The notes below the pieces were generated by a model. It was not told the origin of the DNA. It did no database searches and saw only the letters and a list, made by a program, of their open reading frames with translations. This document shows positions 1 through 13,507 of a stretch of 64,000 nucleotides of DNA, piece by piece (positions within the stretch are counted from its first letter, which is position 1; each line of letters begins with the position of its first letter). The DNA is from Arenicellales bacterium (lineage in GTDB: Bacteria; Pseudomonadota; Gammaproteobacteria; Arenicellales; Poriferihabitantaceae), in contig OY843749.1 of assembly GCA_963693025.1 (NCBI GenBank), positions 438,935 to 502,934 of the forward strand. The letters are read 5' to 3'. Made by a program: the position numbers and the translations under genes.

Positions 1-832
1 GCGCCACGAGCGCGGAGACGCGAACCGCGATGTGATAATTCGCCACCTCTTCCGCCGACACGAAGAAGCCGAGCATGAAGATGTCGATTTTGCCGTTGAT
101 GAGTCCGATGCCGGCGAGAAAGATGAACGGCGCCGCTTCGCCCAGCCATTGGCGGGTGTGATAAACGGTCGGACCCTGATAAAACGCTTTCGGCAGTTGA
201 CGCCACAACCACCAGCCGAGCAAGGCGCAAGTCATTACGCTGACCAGCACGGCGATGGCGGCGGCGTATTCCGGAAAGCGCGTGTGCGGCAGCAGCCAGA
301 ACAGCAGGGCGAGCGCAATCAGCCGCAGCAGCGAGCCGACCACGCCGACCACGCCGCCGACCAGCACGTGGTTCATTCCATACAGCACCGCGCCGGCGAT
401 GCCGCTGACGACGCTCAGCGGCACCAGCGGCAGCAGCCAGATGGAGGTGTACAACTTGTGCACCGACAGCCGGTCGGCAAACCACCACAGCGCGAGCCCC
501 GAGACCAGCAGAATGGCAACCGCCAGCAGCGCGAGGACTTGCGAAAAACGCGCCACCATCGAGCGCAAATACGACCACTCCGAACTCACCAGACAGCGCG
601 TCGTGCTGCGCGTAATCAGGCTCGGCACCCCCAGTTGATTCAGCATCATCAGCAGCGAGATGATGGTCATCGCATACACATACACGCCATACCCTTGCGC
701 GCCCAGCCCGCGCGCCATGATGATGCTAATCGGCAGACCAATCGCGGTTCCCAGCACGCTCAAGACCGCCAGTTTGAAGGTGGACGAGATGAGGCGCCGC
801 TTGAGGTCGCCGGCGGACAGGAGGGTATTCAT
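1..832 (-). CDS. Wzx-like oligosaccharide flippase / polysaccharide biosynthesis protein (3' end outside window)
   Basis: Not in the ORF track. Manual minus-strand translation from ATG 832 gives MNTLLSAGDLKRRLISSTFKLAVLSVLGTAIGLPISIIMARGLGAQGYGVYVYAMTII...IDIFMLGFFVSAEEVANYHIAVRVS, with the typical ARxLGxxxYG and DxxMLGxxxxxxEVxxY flippase motifs and many TM segments. Confidence 0.85.
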   Translation of the reverse strand, partial: MNTLLSAGDLKRRLISSTFKLAVLSVLGTAIGLPISIIMARGLGAQGYGVYVYAMTIISLLMMLNQLGVPSLITRSTTRCLVSSEWSYLRSMVARFSQVLALLAVAILLVSGLALWWFADRLSVHKLYTSIWLLPLVPLSVVSGIAGAVLYGMNHVLVGGVVGVVGSLLRLIALALLFWLLPHTRFPEYAAAIAVLVSVMTCALLGWWLWRQLPKAFYQGPTVYHTRQWLGEAAPFIFLAGIGLINGKIDIFMLGFFVSAEEVANYHIAVRVSALVA

Positions 833-1072
833 AAAAAGGCGATGAACGGGTCGGGGTCGGGGTCGGAATCGGGAGGGTCGGGTATTCGCGCGCGCCGCGA
901 GACGGCTACGGGGTCGGCGATTATAATCGCAACGCCGCATCGGGTATAGTGGGCATTGGGGCAATGGGCGGTGGGCGGCTTGCCCGGCGCGCGCAGTATG
1001 GATACCATAGCCTCAGTCAAAACGCCGTGCCGCTCAGTCCAAACGCCGTGCCGCACAGACCGGAGCCGCGCC

Positions 1073-3124
1073 ATGGCGCGAAGAAGAACGCAGAAAACAC
1101 ACAAGCCAGCGAAGTCCGCCAGACCCGATAAGTCCGCCAAGCCCGGCGCAGCGCAAAGCGTTGCCATGCGCCCGGTCTCAATCGGCGCGGTCGTGGCGGT
1201 GTGCATCGCCGCGGCGGTGCCCGGCACATTCGTCGGCGCCAGCATCGGCTTCTCCGACCACTACCGCGAAGTCGCGGCGGAAGTCGGCTTTCTCGGCTTG
1301 CTGGTGTATTGGCTATACCGCAACCGCAACCTGCGCGAAATCACCCTCAACTTGAGCGGCACGCGCGGGTGGCTGGCGGGCTTGCTGGTGCTGGCGACCG
1401 CGTCGGTTTTCTGGTCGGGCGACCTCGGCTTCTTCGTCAGCAAATACTTGTTGTGGCTCGCCGCCGCCGCCGCGTTGCTGGTGACGCTGACGCTCAAACC
1501 CGACTTCGACTTGATGCTCAAACTGGCGCGCGGCTTCGCGCTAATCGCCGCGTATATCGCCGTTATCGGGCTTGTGCAGGCGTTGCTGGCGGTCGATATA
1601 TTCCTGCAAACGCATCCCCCCTCCGCCAACTTCCATAACAAAAACGCGGCCATGCAAGTTATCGTATTGGTGGCGCCGATGCTCGTCTTCGGGCTGCTGT
1701 TCGACCGCCACAAACACCTGTCAATCGTCTATTGGTTCGTGCTCGCGCTGGCGCTGGCTTATGCCTTCCACACGCGCACCCGCTCGGCGTGGCTGGCGCT
1801 GCTGCTGGAAGCGGTCATCATCATCGTCGGACTGCTCTGGCACCGCGGCTGGCTCAAGACCGCCATCCGCGAGGGGCGTGTGAATTGGGGGCGCGCGCAA
1901 CGACTCGCCGCGCCGGCGTCGGCGCTGCTGCTGGCGGTGTTGCTCAACCTCTCGGCGAGCGGCTGGGGGGGATTTGCCAACACGGTGTCGGGCGCCACGT
2001 CCAGTTTGCAGCAGGACATCGCTAGTTACTCGGAGCAGGTGTCGAAGCGGCAGTCGGAGCGCTATAAAATTTGGAGCAGCGCGCTCAAGATGATGGAGAC
2101 GCGCCCCGTGCTGGGCTCCGGCATGGGCAGTTTTTCGCGCAACCTGCTGACCGAGTCGGCGCGCTATCCGGTGTGGGCGCCGTTGCGCGTGCACAACGAC
2201 CTGCTGGAAACCGGCGTGGAGTTGGGCGCGCTCGGCCTGCTACTGTTGCTGGGCGCCGTCCTCGGCTTGCTCGGCGGCTTGCTCCGGCTACTGCGGCAAG
2301 CCGACTTCGCGGCGCGCTGCTTTTACCTGCTGGTCGCCGCCGCGCTGGGCGGCAGCGCGCTCAACATGCAATTCAGTTTCCCCTATCAAATGCCGGTGCC
2401 GCTTATCATCTTCGCCATCTACGCCGGGCTCATTCTCAAAAGCGGCGACGCCGTCAACCCGCGCATCAAAAGCCTGACCCTGACCCTGCAACGCCGCCAC
2501 TGGCTGGGCGGCCTCACCGTCGCCGGCGCCGCCTGCGCGCTGGCGCTCGCGGTCAACCTCTACTGGCTGCAAATACTCTTCACCGCCGACAGCAACCTGA
2601 CCCGCCGCGCGTGGCACGACCCGGTCAACCCCGCCCCGCCGCTATGCCACCGCGGCATCGTGCGGCTGTTCTTCCACCTCCCCTCCGCCTACCGCGAAGC
2701 CGGACGCCACCAGGAAATCCAAGGCCTGGTGAAATCCATCGAGCACTGCATCCCCGGCACCTGGCTGTCGCAACAAATCACCATCGCCGACCTGCTGCGA
2801 AAAAAACGCTGGCCCGAAGTCATCCCCCCCCTAAAACACGCCATCAACCACGCCCCCCCCGGCATCTACGTAGACCACATCAACCTGCTCGCCACCCACC
2901 TCCAACAAAACAACCTGCCGGGCGCGCTAGAAGTATACGAAAACCTAATCAACGAACCGACCGAGCGCCTGATCAAAAGAAGAGTCACACTACAAACCCT
3001 GGTCACCTTCTCGGTACAAACCAACAAACCGGAAGAAGCAAAAAAATTCTACCGGCTGCTAAATAAGCACTACAAGAAGAAGCCTGAATTTGAAGAAACG
3101 ATTCCGGGTTGGGTGCGGGAGTAG
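1073..3124 (+). CDS. O-antigen ligase (Wzy_C)/PglL-like membrane glycosyltransferase with soluble helical C-terminal extension
   Basis: Multi-TM protein with RSAWLA, R..IW..AL.M...RPVLGSGMGSF and HNDLLE..VELG motifs. Start uncertain (1073 or 1166). Confidence 0.8.
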   Translation: MARRRTQKTHKPAKSARPDKSAKPGAAQSVAMRPVSIGAVVAVCIAAAVPGTFVGASIGFSDHYREVAAEVGFLGLLVYWLYRNRNLREITLNLSGTRGWLAGLLVLATASVFWSGDLGFFVSKYLLWLAAAAALLVTLTLKPDFDLMLKLARGFALIAAYIAVIGLVQALLAVDIFLQTHPPSANFHNKNAAMQVIVLVAPMLVFGLLFDRHKHLSIVYWFVLALALAYAFHTRTRSAWLALLLEAVIIIVGLLWHRGWLKTAIREGRVNWGRAQRLAAPASALLLAVLLNLSASGWGGFANTVSGATSSLQQDIASYSEQVSKRQSERYKIWSSALKMMETRPVLGSGMGSFSRNLLTESARYPVWAPLRVHNDLLETGVELGALGLLLLLGAVLGLLGGLLRLLRQADFAARCFYLLVAAALGGSALNMQFSFPYQMPVPLIIFAIYAGLILKSGDAVNPRIKSLTLTLQRRHWLGGLTVAGAACALALAVNLYWLQILFTADSNLTRRAWHDPVNPAPPLCHRGIVRLFFHLPSAYREAGRHQEIQGLVKSIEHCIPGTWLSQQITIADLLRKKRWPEVIPPLKHAINHAPPGIYVDHINLLATHLQQNNLPGALEVYENLINEPTERLIKRRVTLQTLVTFSVQTNKPEEAKKFYRLLNKHYKKKPEFEETIPGWVRE

Positions 3125-3127
3125 TAT

Positions 3128-3367
3128 TACTCGTCATTCCTAAGTACTCGTCATTCCCTACTACTCGTCATTCTCGAGCGTTAGTGTCCGTTGCCGCCGC
3201 GCTTTTTCTTTTAAGCGGCGGCTTACGGACACTTACGACCTCGGGAATCTCCCTAAGATTGGCACGGGCTTTGTTGAAATTCACGGTAGCCTTAGGAAGA
3301 TTCCCGAAGGCGATGAAAAATATGGTCGCCTGTCGGCTCCCTATTTTTCTATCGTTCGAGAATGACG
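3128..3367. repeat. CGTC-tagged palindromic repeat dimer (arm A + arm B) with stuttered left terminus
   Basis: Terminal IRs CGTCATTCTCGA (3166) and TCGAGAATGACG (ends 3367); inner IR TCGGGAATCTCCCTAAG/CTTAGG(G/A)AGATTCCCGA; three tandem TACTCGTCATTC starts. Confidence 0.95.
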
Positions 3368-4102
3368 TGTATCAATCTTCTCCTCCACCGCCGTAAATAT
3401 CCCCCTCAGTATTCGAATTTCTCTTGAATGAGGGTGGGCTCGGTTGAATAGGCGGGTTAGTTTTCGGTGTAGTTTTTCGGGGTGGGTGTGGCTGAATTGG
3501 AGGAGGGTTAGGAGGTGTTCGAGGTGTTGGTAGAAGTGTTGCATTTCTTCGGCGGTTGCGTGGGGTTCGGGGGTTGCGGTGGCGGTGGCGGGGGCGGGGG
3601 TGTGGCGGAGGGCGGCTTTGTGTAGTTCGTAGAGTAAGACCATGACCGCCGAGGCGAGGTTGAGGGAGGGGAAGTCGGGGTTGACGGGGATGCGGACCAG
3701 GTGGTGGCAGCGGTCAAGTTCGCGGTTGGTGAGGCCGCGGCTTTCTCTGCCGAATAGCAGGGCGGTGCGGGACTGGGTTTGGTGCGCGGTGTTGATGGCT
3801 TTTTCCATCGCCTCCGCCGGCGCCAACTGCGGCCACTCGATAGACCTCGCCCTTGCGCTCGCGCCGATGACCAGCGCGCAGTCTGAAATGGCTTCGTCGA
3901 GTTGCTCCACGACTGCGGCGTTTTGCAAAATGGTGTCGGCGCCGGCGGCGCGGGCGGTGGCTTGCGGGCTGGGGAAATCGCGCGGTTGAACCAGCGCCAG
4001 TTGCGCGACTCCCATGTTCGCCATGGCGCGGGCGGTGGCGCCGATATTGCCGGGATGGGTGGGTTGAATCAGCACGACTCGGATATAATGCAACGCTTTC
4101 AT
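3341..4102 (-). CDS. trmJ: tRNA (cytidine/uridine-2'-O)-methyltransferase TrmJ
   Basis: IRVVLIQPTHPGNIGATARAMANMG, FGRESRGLTNREL and SLNLASAV SPOUT motifs; divergent from suhB as usual. Confidence 0.92.
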   Translation of the reverse strand: MKALHYIRVVLIQPTHPGNIGATARAMANMGVAQLALVQPRDFPSPQATARAAGADTILQNAAVVEQLDEAISDCALVIGASARARSIEWPQLAPAEAMEKAINTAHQTQSRTALLFGRESRGLTNRELDRCHHLVRIPVNPDFPSLNLASAVMVLLYELHKAALRHTPAPATATATPEPHATAEEMQHFYQHLEHLLTLLQFSHTHPEKLHRKLTRLFNRAHPHSREIRILRGIFTAVEEKIDTRHSRTIEK

Positions 4103-4220
4103 TACGGCATTGTGCCGCAAGCGGCGCGGCAATGGAACGCCTGCGCGAGGCGGCGCGCCCACGCGCATCGCCGGCACCACAGTAGCGCCTCCGGCGCGCG
4201 CCAACCAGCGGGAATCGTTG

Positions 4221-5027
4221 ATGAACCCTCACCTTAACATCGCGGTTAAAGCAGCCCGCCAAGCAGGCAAGACCATCTTGCGTTATATCGACCGCCTCGA
4301 CCGCGTCGCCGTGCAAGAAAAAGGGCGCGGCGATTTCGTCAGCGAGGTTGACCGGATGGCGGAAGACGACATCGTCAACACCCTCCACGCGCGTTACCCG
4401 AACCATCGCATCGTCGCCGAAGAGCGCGGCGGCACGCTCGCCGGCGCATCGGACGAGCACGAAATGGAATGGATTATCGACCCGCTGGACGGCACCACCA
4501 ACTACCTGCATCGCCATCCGCAATTCGCCGTCTCCATCGCCGCGCGGCAAAACGGGCGCCTGCAGCACGCGGTGATTTTTGACCCCTTGCGCGACGAGAT
4601 GTATACCGCCTCGCGCGGACAAGGCGCGCAGGTCAACAGTCGCCGCATCCGCGTAACCCATCAGCACAAACTGGAGCACGCCCTGCTGGCGAGCGGCTCG
4701 CGCAACCACGACCCGGCGTTGCACGATGAATGGCTGCGCGTTTTCACGGCGCTGTTGCCGCGGGTTGTCGATGTGCGCCGCGGCGGCTCGGCGGCGCTCG
4801 ACCTCGCGTATGTCGCGTGCGGTCGCCTGGACGGTTACTGGCAATGCGGTCTTGCGCCCTGGGATATTGCCGCCGGCGGCCTGTTGGTGCGCGAAGCCGG
4901 CGGGCTGGTGACGGACTATGCGGGGGCGCAAGACTTCCTTGAAACGGGGCAAGTTATCGCCGCCAATCAAATGATTTTCAACGATTTTATGCTCGCCATC
5001 ACCGCTCAAACGAGCGCCGCCCGGTAA
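4221..5027 (+). CDS. suhB: Inositol-1-monophosphatase SuhB
   Basis: [46 protein letters not shown]. Confidence 0.93.
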   Translation: MNPHLNIAVKAARQAGKTILRYIDRLDRVAVQEKGRGDFVSEVDRMAEDDIVNTLHARYPNHRIVAEERGGTLAGASDEHEMEWIIDPLDGTTNYLHRHPQFAVSIAARQNGRLQHAVIFDPLRDEMYTASRGQGAQVNSRRIRVTHQHKLEHALLASGSRNHDPALHDEWLRVFTALLPRVVDVRRGGSAALDLAYVACGRLDGYWQCGLAPWDIAAGGLLVREAGGLVTDYAGAQDFLETGQVIAANQMIFNDFMLAITAQTSAAR

Positions 5028-5035
5028 GGCGCCGC

Positions 5036-7651
<2,616 letters not shown>

Positions 7652-7730
7652 CGGTATATTTGCCGGCGCGAAAACCTTACAATAGCGCCTGCTTCCCGTC
7701 ACGAACCCCCCGTTAAAATGGAGCGTTGAA

Positions 7731-8054
7731 ATGACCTATGTTGTTGTCGAATCTTGCATCCGTTGCAAATATACGGACTGCGTTGAAGTCTGCCCGGTGG
7801 ATTGTTTTCATGAGGGGCCGAATTATTTGGTGATTGACCCGGAGGAGTGTATTGATTGTAGTTTGTGCGAGCCGGAATGTCCGGTGGATGCGATTTTTTC
7901 GGAGGATGATTTGCCGGATGAACAGCAGCACTTTCTCAAACTGAACGCGGAGTTGAGCGAAATCTGGCCCGTGATTACGGAGATGAAACCGGCGCCGGAG
8001 GATGCCGATGAGTGGGTGGATACGAAGGATAAGTTGCAACACTTGGAGCGTTGA
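7731..8054 (+). CDS. fdxA: 7Fe ferredoxin FdxA
   Basis: [26 protein letters not shown]...[12 protein letters not shown]; follows mutS as in many gammaproteobacteria. Confidence 0.93.
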   Translation: MTYVVVESCIRCKYTDCVEVCPVDCFHEGPNYLVIDPEECIDCSLCEPECPVDAIFSEDDLPDEQQHFLKLNAELSEIWPVITEMKPAPEDADEWVDTKDKLQHLER

Positions 8055-8086
8055 GCCCGCCAACAACCCACCCAACAAACACCCAA

Positions 8087-10741
8087 ATGAAAACCAACCC
8101 CCCGCCGGTTACCCGCCTTGCAGACTACCGACCGCCGGCGTATCGCATCACCGAGACCACGCTGACCATCGCCCTGGATTTCAGCGAGACCAAAGTCAGC
8201 GCGCAACATCGCGTGCGTCGTTGCGAGCAATCGCAGTCCGACCTTGTGTTGGACATCGACCCGGAGGCGGTGCGGTTGGGGCGTGTTGGCATTGACGGCG
8301 CCGCTCTTGCGCCCGAGCGTTACCGCATAGATGCATCGCGGTTGATTATCTCCGATGTGCCGAATCAATTCGACCTTGCGATTGAAAACACCATCGCGCC
8401 CGACCGCAACACCGCGTTGAGTGGTTTGTATCAGTCCGGGGAGATGTTGTGCACGCAGTGCGAGGCGGAGGGCTTTCGGCGCATCACGCCCGCCATCGAC
8501 CGCCCGGACAACCTCGCGCGTTACACCGTTACGCTGCGCGCCGATGCGAAAGCGTTGCCGTTGTTGTTGTGCAACGGCAACTTGATTGACAGCGGCAGCG
8601 CGGGCGAGCGCCACCACACCACCTGGCACGACCCGTTTCCCAAGCCGACTTACTTGTTCGCTATCGTGGCGGGGAAACTGGCGTGCATGGAAGACCGCTT
8701 CACCACCGCCGGCAAGCGCGATGTCGCGCTGCGTTTTTTTGCGCGCGCGCGTGACATTGACAAGTGCGCGTATGCGATGGCGGCGCTCAAGCGCGCGATG
8801 GCGTGGGATGAAAAAACCTATGGGCGCGAATACGATTTGGACTTGTTCAACGTGGTCGCGGTCGGCGACTTCAACATGGGCGCGATGGAAAACAAGAGCC
8901 TGAACATTTTCAACACCCAGTATGTGCTCGCCGACCCGGACATCTCCACCGACGTCGATTTTGAGCACGTGGAAGCCGTCATCGGGCACGAATATTTTCA
9001 CAACTGGTCGGGCAACCGCGTCACCTGCCGCGACTGGTTTCAGTTGAGTCTCAAGGAAGGGTTGACCGTGTTCCGCGAGCAGCAATTCAGCGCCGACATG
9101 GGCTCGGCGGCGGTCAAGCGCATCGAAGATGTCGCGGCGTTGCGCGACCACCAGTTTCCGGAAGACGCGGGACCGATGACGCATCCGGTTCGCCCCGACT
9201 CCTACATTGAGATTAACAACTTCTACACCGCCACGGTCTATCACAAAGGCGCCGAGGTCATCCGCATGTTGCACACGCTGTTGGGCGCCGGCACATTTCG
9301 CCGCGGCGCCGATTTGTATTTTGCGCGCCACGACGGACAGGCGGCGACCACCGATGATTTCGTGGCGGCGATGGAAAGCGCCGGCGAATTGGATTTGAGC
9401 CGCTTCAAGCGTTGGTATAGTCAGGCGGGCACGCCGGTGGTGGATGCCAAAACCCACTACGATGCCGAGCGCGAGCGGTTTGAGATTACCCTCAGCCAGC
9501 ATTGCCCCGCCACGCCGAAGCAACCGCACAAGGAGCCGTTTGTGATTCCGATTAAGGCGGCGTTGTTTGACCGCGACGGCAAGCGCATGACGACCGCCAC
9601 CGCCACCGCTACCGCCGGCGGGGACGACCTGCTGGTGCTGTCCGAGCCGCGCCAGTCGTTCGTGTTTGAGGGCATTCCGTCCCCGCCGGTGGCTTCGCTG
9701 CTGCGCGGATTCAGCGCCCCGGTTGAACTGCGCCACCCGCTGTCCGAGCGCGATTTGGCATTGCTGTTGGCGCACGACGACGACCCGTTCAATCGCTGGG
9801 AAGCCGGGCAACGGCTGTTCTTCCGGCATCTGCTGTCCGGCGTTGAGCGGCTGCGGGCGGGGCGGGACATCGCGGTCAGCGACACGCTGATGCGGGCTTT
9901 CGAGTCGGTGCTTGTGCAGCACGAGCACAAGCACGGTGAGAACCACGACCGCGCGCTGCAAGCCAAAATTTTGACGCTACCGAGCGAGACCTATTTCAGC
10001 GAGACGCAAGAGGTCATCGACCCGGCGCTCACGCATCGCGCGCATCGCGGTTTGCGGCGTCATCTGGCGAGCGCCTTCAAGCCGCAACTGCTGGCGCGCT
10101 ATCACCTGCTCAACCGCGACAACGACGGCACGGTCAGCCCGCAACAAATCGCGGCGCGCAGTTTGCGCGATGTCTGCCTCGGCTACTTGGTGTCGCTGGA
10201 TGACGACGAAGTTCACGCGCTTGCCGCCGACTTGCTCGCCAATGCCCGCTGCATGACCGATGCGTCGGCGGCGTTGTCGGCGCTCGCCAATTCCGGCAAG
10301 CCCGACCGTCAGGCGTTGCTCGATGACTTCTACCACCGCCACCGCGACGAGCCGCTGGTGGTGGACCGGTGGCTGCGTATTCAGGCGACCGTCGCGCACC
10401 CGGACACGGTCGCGCGGGTGGCAGCGTTGACTCGTCACGCGGCGTTTGACCCCACCAATCCGAACAAGGTTTATGCGCTGATTCTCGCGTTCTGCCACGC
10501 CAACCTGACCGGCTTTCACCGCCCCGACGGCGCGGGTTACCGCTTCGCCGGCGACTGGGTCGCGCGCCTCGACCCGCTCAACCCGCAAGTCGCCGCCCGG
10601 CTGGTGACGGCGTTCACGCAGTGGAAAAAGTATACGCCCGACTTGAAGGCGCAGATGCAAACCACGCTAAAGGAAATCGCCGACTTGCCGTCGTTGTCCG
10701 GCGACGTGGCGGAAATCGTCTCCAAGAGTTTGGAGAACTAA
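8087..10741 (+). CDS. pepN: Aminopeptidase N (M1 family)
   Basis: GAMENK and HEYFHNW (HEXXH) motifs, TQCEAEGFRRIT, NPQVAARL C-terminus. Confidence 0.96.
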   Translation: MKTNPPPVTRLADYRPPAYRITETTLTIALDFSETKVSAQHRVRRCEQSQSDLVLDIDPEAVRLGRVGIDGAALAPERYRIDASRLIISDVPNQFDLAIENTIAPDRNTALSGLYQSGEMLCTQCEAEGFRRITPAIDRPDNLARYTVTLRADAKALPLLLCNGNLIDSGSAGERHHTTWHDPFPKPTYLFAIVAGKLACMEDRFTTAGKRDVALRFFARARDIDKCAYAMAALKRAMAWDEKTYGREYDLDLFNVVAVGDFNMGAMENKSLNIFNTQYVLADPDISTDVDFEHVEAVIGHEYFHNWSGNRVTCRDWFQLSLKEGLTVFREQQFSADMGSAAVKRIEDVAALRDHQFPEDAGPMTHPVRPDSYIEINNFYTATVYHKGAEVIRMLHTLLGAGTFRRGADLYFARHDGQAATTDDFVAAMESAGELDLSRFKRWYSQAGTPVVDAKTHYDAERERFEITLSQHCPATPKQPHKEPFVIPIKAALFDRDGKRMTTATATATAGGDDLLVLSEPRQSFVFEGIPSPPVASLLRGFSAPVELRHPLSERDLALLLAHDDDPFNRWEAGQRLFFRHLLSGVERLRAGRDIAVSDTLMRAFESVLVQHEHKHGENHDRALQAKILTLPSETYFSETQEVIDPALTHRAHRGLRRHLASAFKPQLLARYHLLNRDNDGTVSPQQIAARSLRDVCLGYLVSLDDDEVHALAADLLANARCMTDASAALSALANSGKPDRQALLDDFYHRHRDEPLVVDRWLRIQATVAHPDTVARVAALTRHAAFDPTNPNKVYALILAFCHANLTGFHRPDGAGYRFAGDWVARLDPLNPQVAARLVTAFTQWKKYTPDLKAQMQTTLKEIADLPSLSGDVAEIVSKSLEN

Positions 10742-10762
10742 CCGCCGCCACCGCCACGGCGC

Positions 10763-11632
10763 TCAGCCGCCGTGGAAAATCGACATCACCATGCGGCGAA
10801 TGTGCACCGGCAGGTGTTCGTCGTAGCCGCCCCAGTCCGCGTATTTCGGCAGTTTGAGTTCGTTCTGCCAGCGCTCAATACTCGTTATCACCGCCACCGG
10901 ACCGCCGGACTGCATCGCCGCTTGCACCTCGCCCAGCACCAAGTCATACAAGTCCTGAACGAACGCAAGGTTGTCCTCCACCATCTGCACCGAAGTGCTT
11001 TCCGAATGCGAGTTGACCGCGTGTTTGAGGTTTTTGTTTTTCAATTCTTTGAGCGTGCGCAAAATCGCCAGGTAGTTGTCGTCCTCCATCCATAGCCCGT
11101 TGGTCAAGCCGCCGTCTTCATACAAGTCAGCGGTGAAGGCGATGCGCTCGTCGGGCAGGAACACCACGGTGGAGGCGAAGCCGTCGGCGGGACCGTAGTT
11201 ATGCAAGTGCAACGTCTTGCCGCCGAAATCAAGGTGCATAAAATCACCAAAAGTCACATCCACCCGCTCCGGCGCAACCCCCATAACATCCAACGCAAAC
11301 ACCGCCTCGCAACTACGATGACAAATAATCTCCGCCCCCGGAAAAACCTCGGTGCCGCCGACGTGGTCGTAGTGTTCGTGCGACAGGATGATGTGCGTCA
11401 CCGGCTTGTCGGTGATGCCGGCAATCGTGCTTTTCATCGACTCTGCATGCGAGGTGAAAGACGGGTCGAGGATTAACACGCCGTCATCGCCGACTATGAT
11501 TAAACTGGTGTAGTGGTTTTCGCTGAATAGGTATATGTCGTCGGCTAAGGTTTTAACTACTGGTGCGGCGGTTGTGGTTAATGGGATGAGGAATGCTGTG
11601 GCGATGATGAGTGGTTTTAAGTGTTTGAACAT
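10763..11632 (-). CDS. Secreted metallo-beta-lactamase-fold hydrolase
   Basis: Signal peptide-like N-terminus and SHEHYDHVGG (HxHxDH) motif. Confidence 0.8.
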   Translation of the reverse strand: MFKHLKPLIIATAFLIPLTTTAAPVVKTLADDIYLFSENHYTSLIIVGDDGVLILDPSFTSHAESMKSTIAGITDKPVTHIILSHEHYDHVGGTEVFPGAEIICHRSCEAVFALDVMGVAPERVDVTFGDFMHLDFGGKTLHLHNYGPADGFASTVVFLPDERIAFTADLYEDGGLTNGLWMEDDNYLAILRTLKELKNKNLKHAVNSHSESTSVQMVEDNLAFVQDLYDLVLGEVQAAMQSGGPVAVITSIERWQNELKLPKYADWGGYDEHLPVHIRRMVMSIFHGG

Positions 11633-11697
11633 GGTGGGTGTCCTCTGTGGTTGGTGGTTGGGGTGGGTGGGATTATACCTGAAGGTGGTGCCTACTT

Positions 11698-12185
11698 CGT
11701 CATTCTCGAGCGTTAGTGTCCGTCGCCGCCCCCCCCTACTCCGTCATTCTCGAGCGTTAGTGTCCGTTGCCGCCGCGCTTTTTCTTTTAAGCGGCGGCTT
11801 ACGGACACTTGCGTCCTCGGGAATCTCCCTAAGATTGGCACGGACTTTATTGGAATTCACGCTAGCCTTAGGGAGATTCCCGAAGGTGATGAAAAATATA
11901 GTCGCTATCGCTCCTTATTTTTCTATCATTCGAGAATGACGGTAGTTGGTTATTTTTCTACCGTCCGGGAATGACAACTACAACTCGTCATTCTCGAGCG
12001 TTAGTGTCCGTTGCCGCCGCGCTTTTTCTTTTAAGCGGCGGCTTACGGACACTTGCGTCCTCGGGAATCTCCCTAAGATTGGCACGGGCTTCGGTAAAAT
12101 CCACGGTAGACTTAGGGAGATTCCCGAGGTCGTAAGCGCCCGTAAGCCGCTACGCGGCAACGGGCGCTAACGCTCGAGAATGACG
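11698..12185. repeat. Cluster of CGTC repeats: partial arm, A+B dimer (11742-11941), A+C dimer (11986-12185)
   Basis: Same terminal and inner IRs as the 3166 copy; arm C reads GGTCGTAAGCGCCCGTAAGCCGCTACGCGGCAACGGGCGCTAACGCTCGAGAATGACG. Confidence 0.95.
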
Positions 12186-13465
12186 GGTAACTTAGCCAAC
12201 TCCTCATCCACCAAAACACAAATCTTACCCAACGCACCGCGATTCTTCTCCACCAACTCCCGACCCCGCTCAGCATATTGCCCTATGAGTACCGCATCAC
12301 CCAACAACCGCAACACCACCTCAGCCAACTCCCCGCTATCCAAAACCTGAATCCCAGCCGCATGCCGCAATACCAAGTCGGCTATTTCGGTGAAGTTGAA
12401 CATCTGCCGCCCGAACACCACCGGCACGCCCGCCGCCGATGCTTCCAACACATTGTGCCCGCCGACAGGTACAAGGCTGCCGCCGATGAAGGCTATGTCG
12501 CCGGCGGCGATTAGCATGGGTAACTCGCCCATGGTGTCGCCGATGTAGATGTCGGTGTTTGGGCTGATGGTTTGGTGTTTGACTTGCGAGCGCAGGACGG
12601 TGTGGTAGCCGCGGCGGGCGCATAGGCGGGAGACGCGTTTGAAGCGTTGTGGGTGGCGTGGCACGATGACGAGTAGCAGCGACTTGTGCTGCGCGCGGAC
12701 TTGCGCGAATGCGTCCAGTATTTGCGACTCCTCGCCTTCGTGCGTGCTGCCGGCGACCCACACCGGGCGCTCGCGTCCCCATTGGTTGCGCAGCGACTGC
12801 GCCGCTTCGCGCTCGCCGGCGCCGGCGCTCAGCGCGACATCAAACTTGATGCTGCCGGTGACGGTGAGCGCCGACGCCGGCGCGCCGAGTCGCATCAACC
12901 GCTTGGCGTCGAAGCGCGTCTGCACCGCGAAGCGGTCGATTTTTTTTAGCGTGGGTTTGATGAGCGCTTTGAGGCGGTGATAGCCGCGATGCGAGCGCCG
13001 CGACAAGCGCACGTTGACATAGACCAGCGGCACGCCGAGTCGGTGGCAGCGGGCGATGAGGTTGGGCCAGATTTCGGTTTCCATCACCAACGCAAGGCGC
13101 GGCGAGACGGCGCCGAGAAAGCGCTTGACCGCACCGGGATAATCATACGGCAGATAGCAGTGCCGCACGCGCCCGGCGAAAGTCGCGGCGACTCGGTCGG
13201 CGCCGGTCGGCGTCATCGTGGTGACGGTGACCGGTTGATGCGGATAGGTCGCTAACAAATGCTCCACCAACGGCGCGGCGGCGTTGACCTCGCCGACCGA
13301 CACCGCGTGAATCCAAACCCCGCCGCTCGGCGGACGCTTGCCGACGAAGCCCAGCCGCTCAGAGACGCGCTCGAAGTAACGACGGTCGCGCAACGCGCGC
13401 GCCAGCAAGCGCAACATCACCAGCGGGAACGCCAGATACAACGCAATGCGATATAAAGTCAGCAA
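12167..13465 (-). CDS. waaA: 3-deoxy-D-manno-octulosonic acid (Kdo) transferase
   Basis: WIHAVSVGEV, METEIWPN, GSTHEGEE, VPRHPQRF, GDTMGEL, GGHNVLE. The stop codon lies inside a repeat arm. Confidence 0.95.
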   Translation of the reverse strand: MLTLYRIALYLAFPLVMLRLLARALRDRRYFERVSERLGFVGKRPPSGGVWIHAVSVGEVNAAAPLVEHLLATYPHQPVTVTTMTPTGADRVAATFAGRVRHCYLPYDYPGAVKRFLGAVSPRLALVMETEIWPNLIARCHRLGVPLVYVNVRLSRRSHRGYHRLKALIKPTLKKIDRFAVQTRFDAKRLMRLGAPASALTVTGSIKFDVALSAGAGEREAAQSLRNQWGRERPVWVAGSTHEGEESQILDAFAQVRAQHKSLLLVIVPRHPQRFKRVSRLCARRGYHTVLRSQVKHQTISPNTDIYIGDTMGELPMLIAAGDIAFIGGSLVPVGGHNVLEASAAGVPVVFGRQMFNFTEIADLVLRHAAGIQVLDSGELAEVVLRLLGDAVLIGQYAERGRELVEKNRGALGKICVLVDEELAKLPVILER

Positions 13466-13507
13466 GGTTTTCGCGCGCCTAACGCCTAACGATTAACTCG
13501 GCTCAAC

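Noticed and set aside
32..949. 305-aa plus-strand ORF and other long antisense ORFs (e.g. 7823-9961, 13598-14977, 37572-38906)
   Set aside because: Shadow ORFs opposite well-supported genes in high-GC DNA.
1013..1150. Short tandem duplications (21 bp x2; ~18 bp x2-3)
   Set aside because: Too short and low-copy to indicate more than local slippage.
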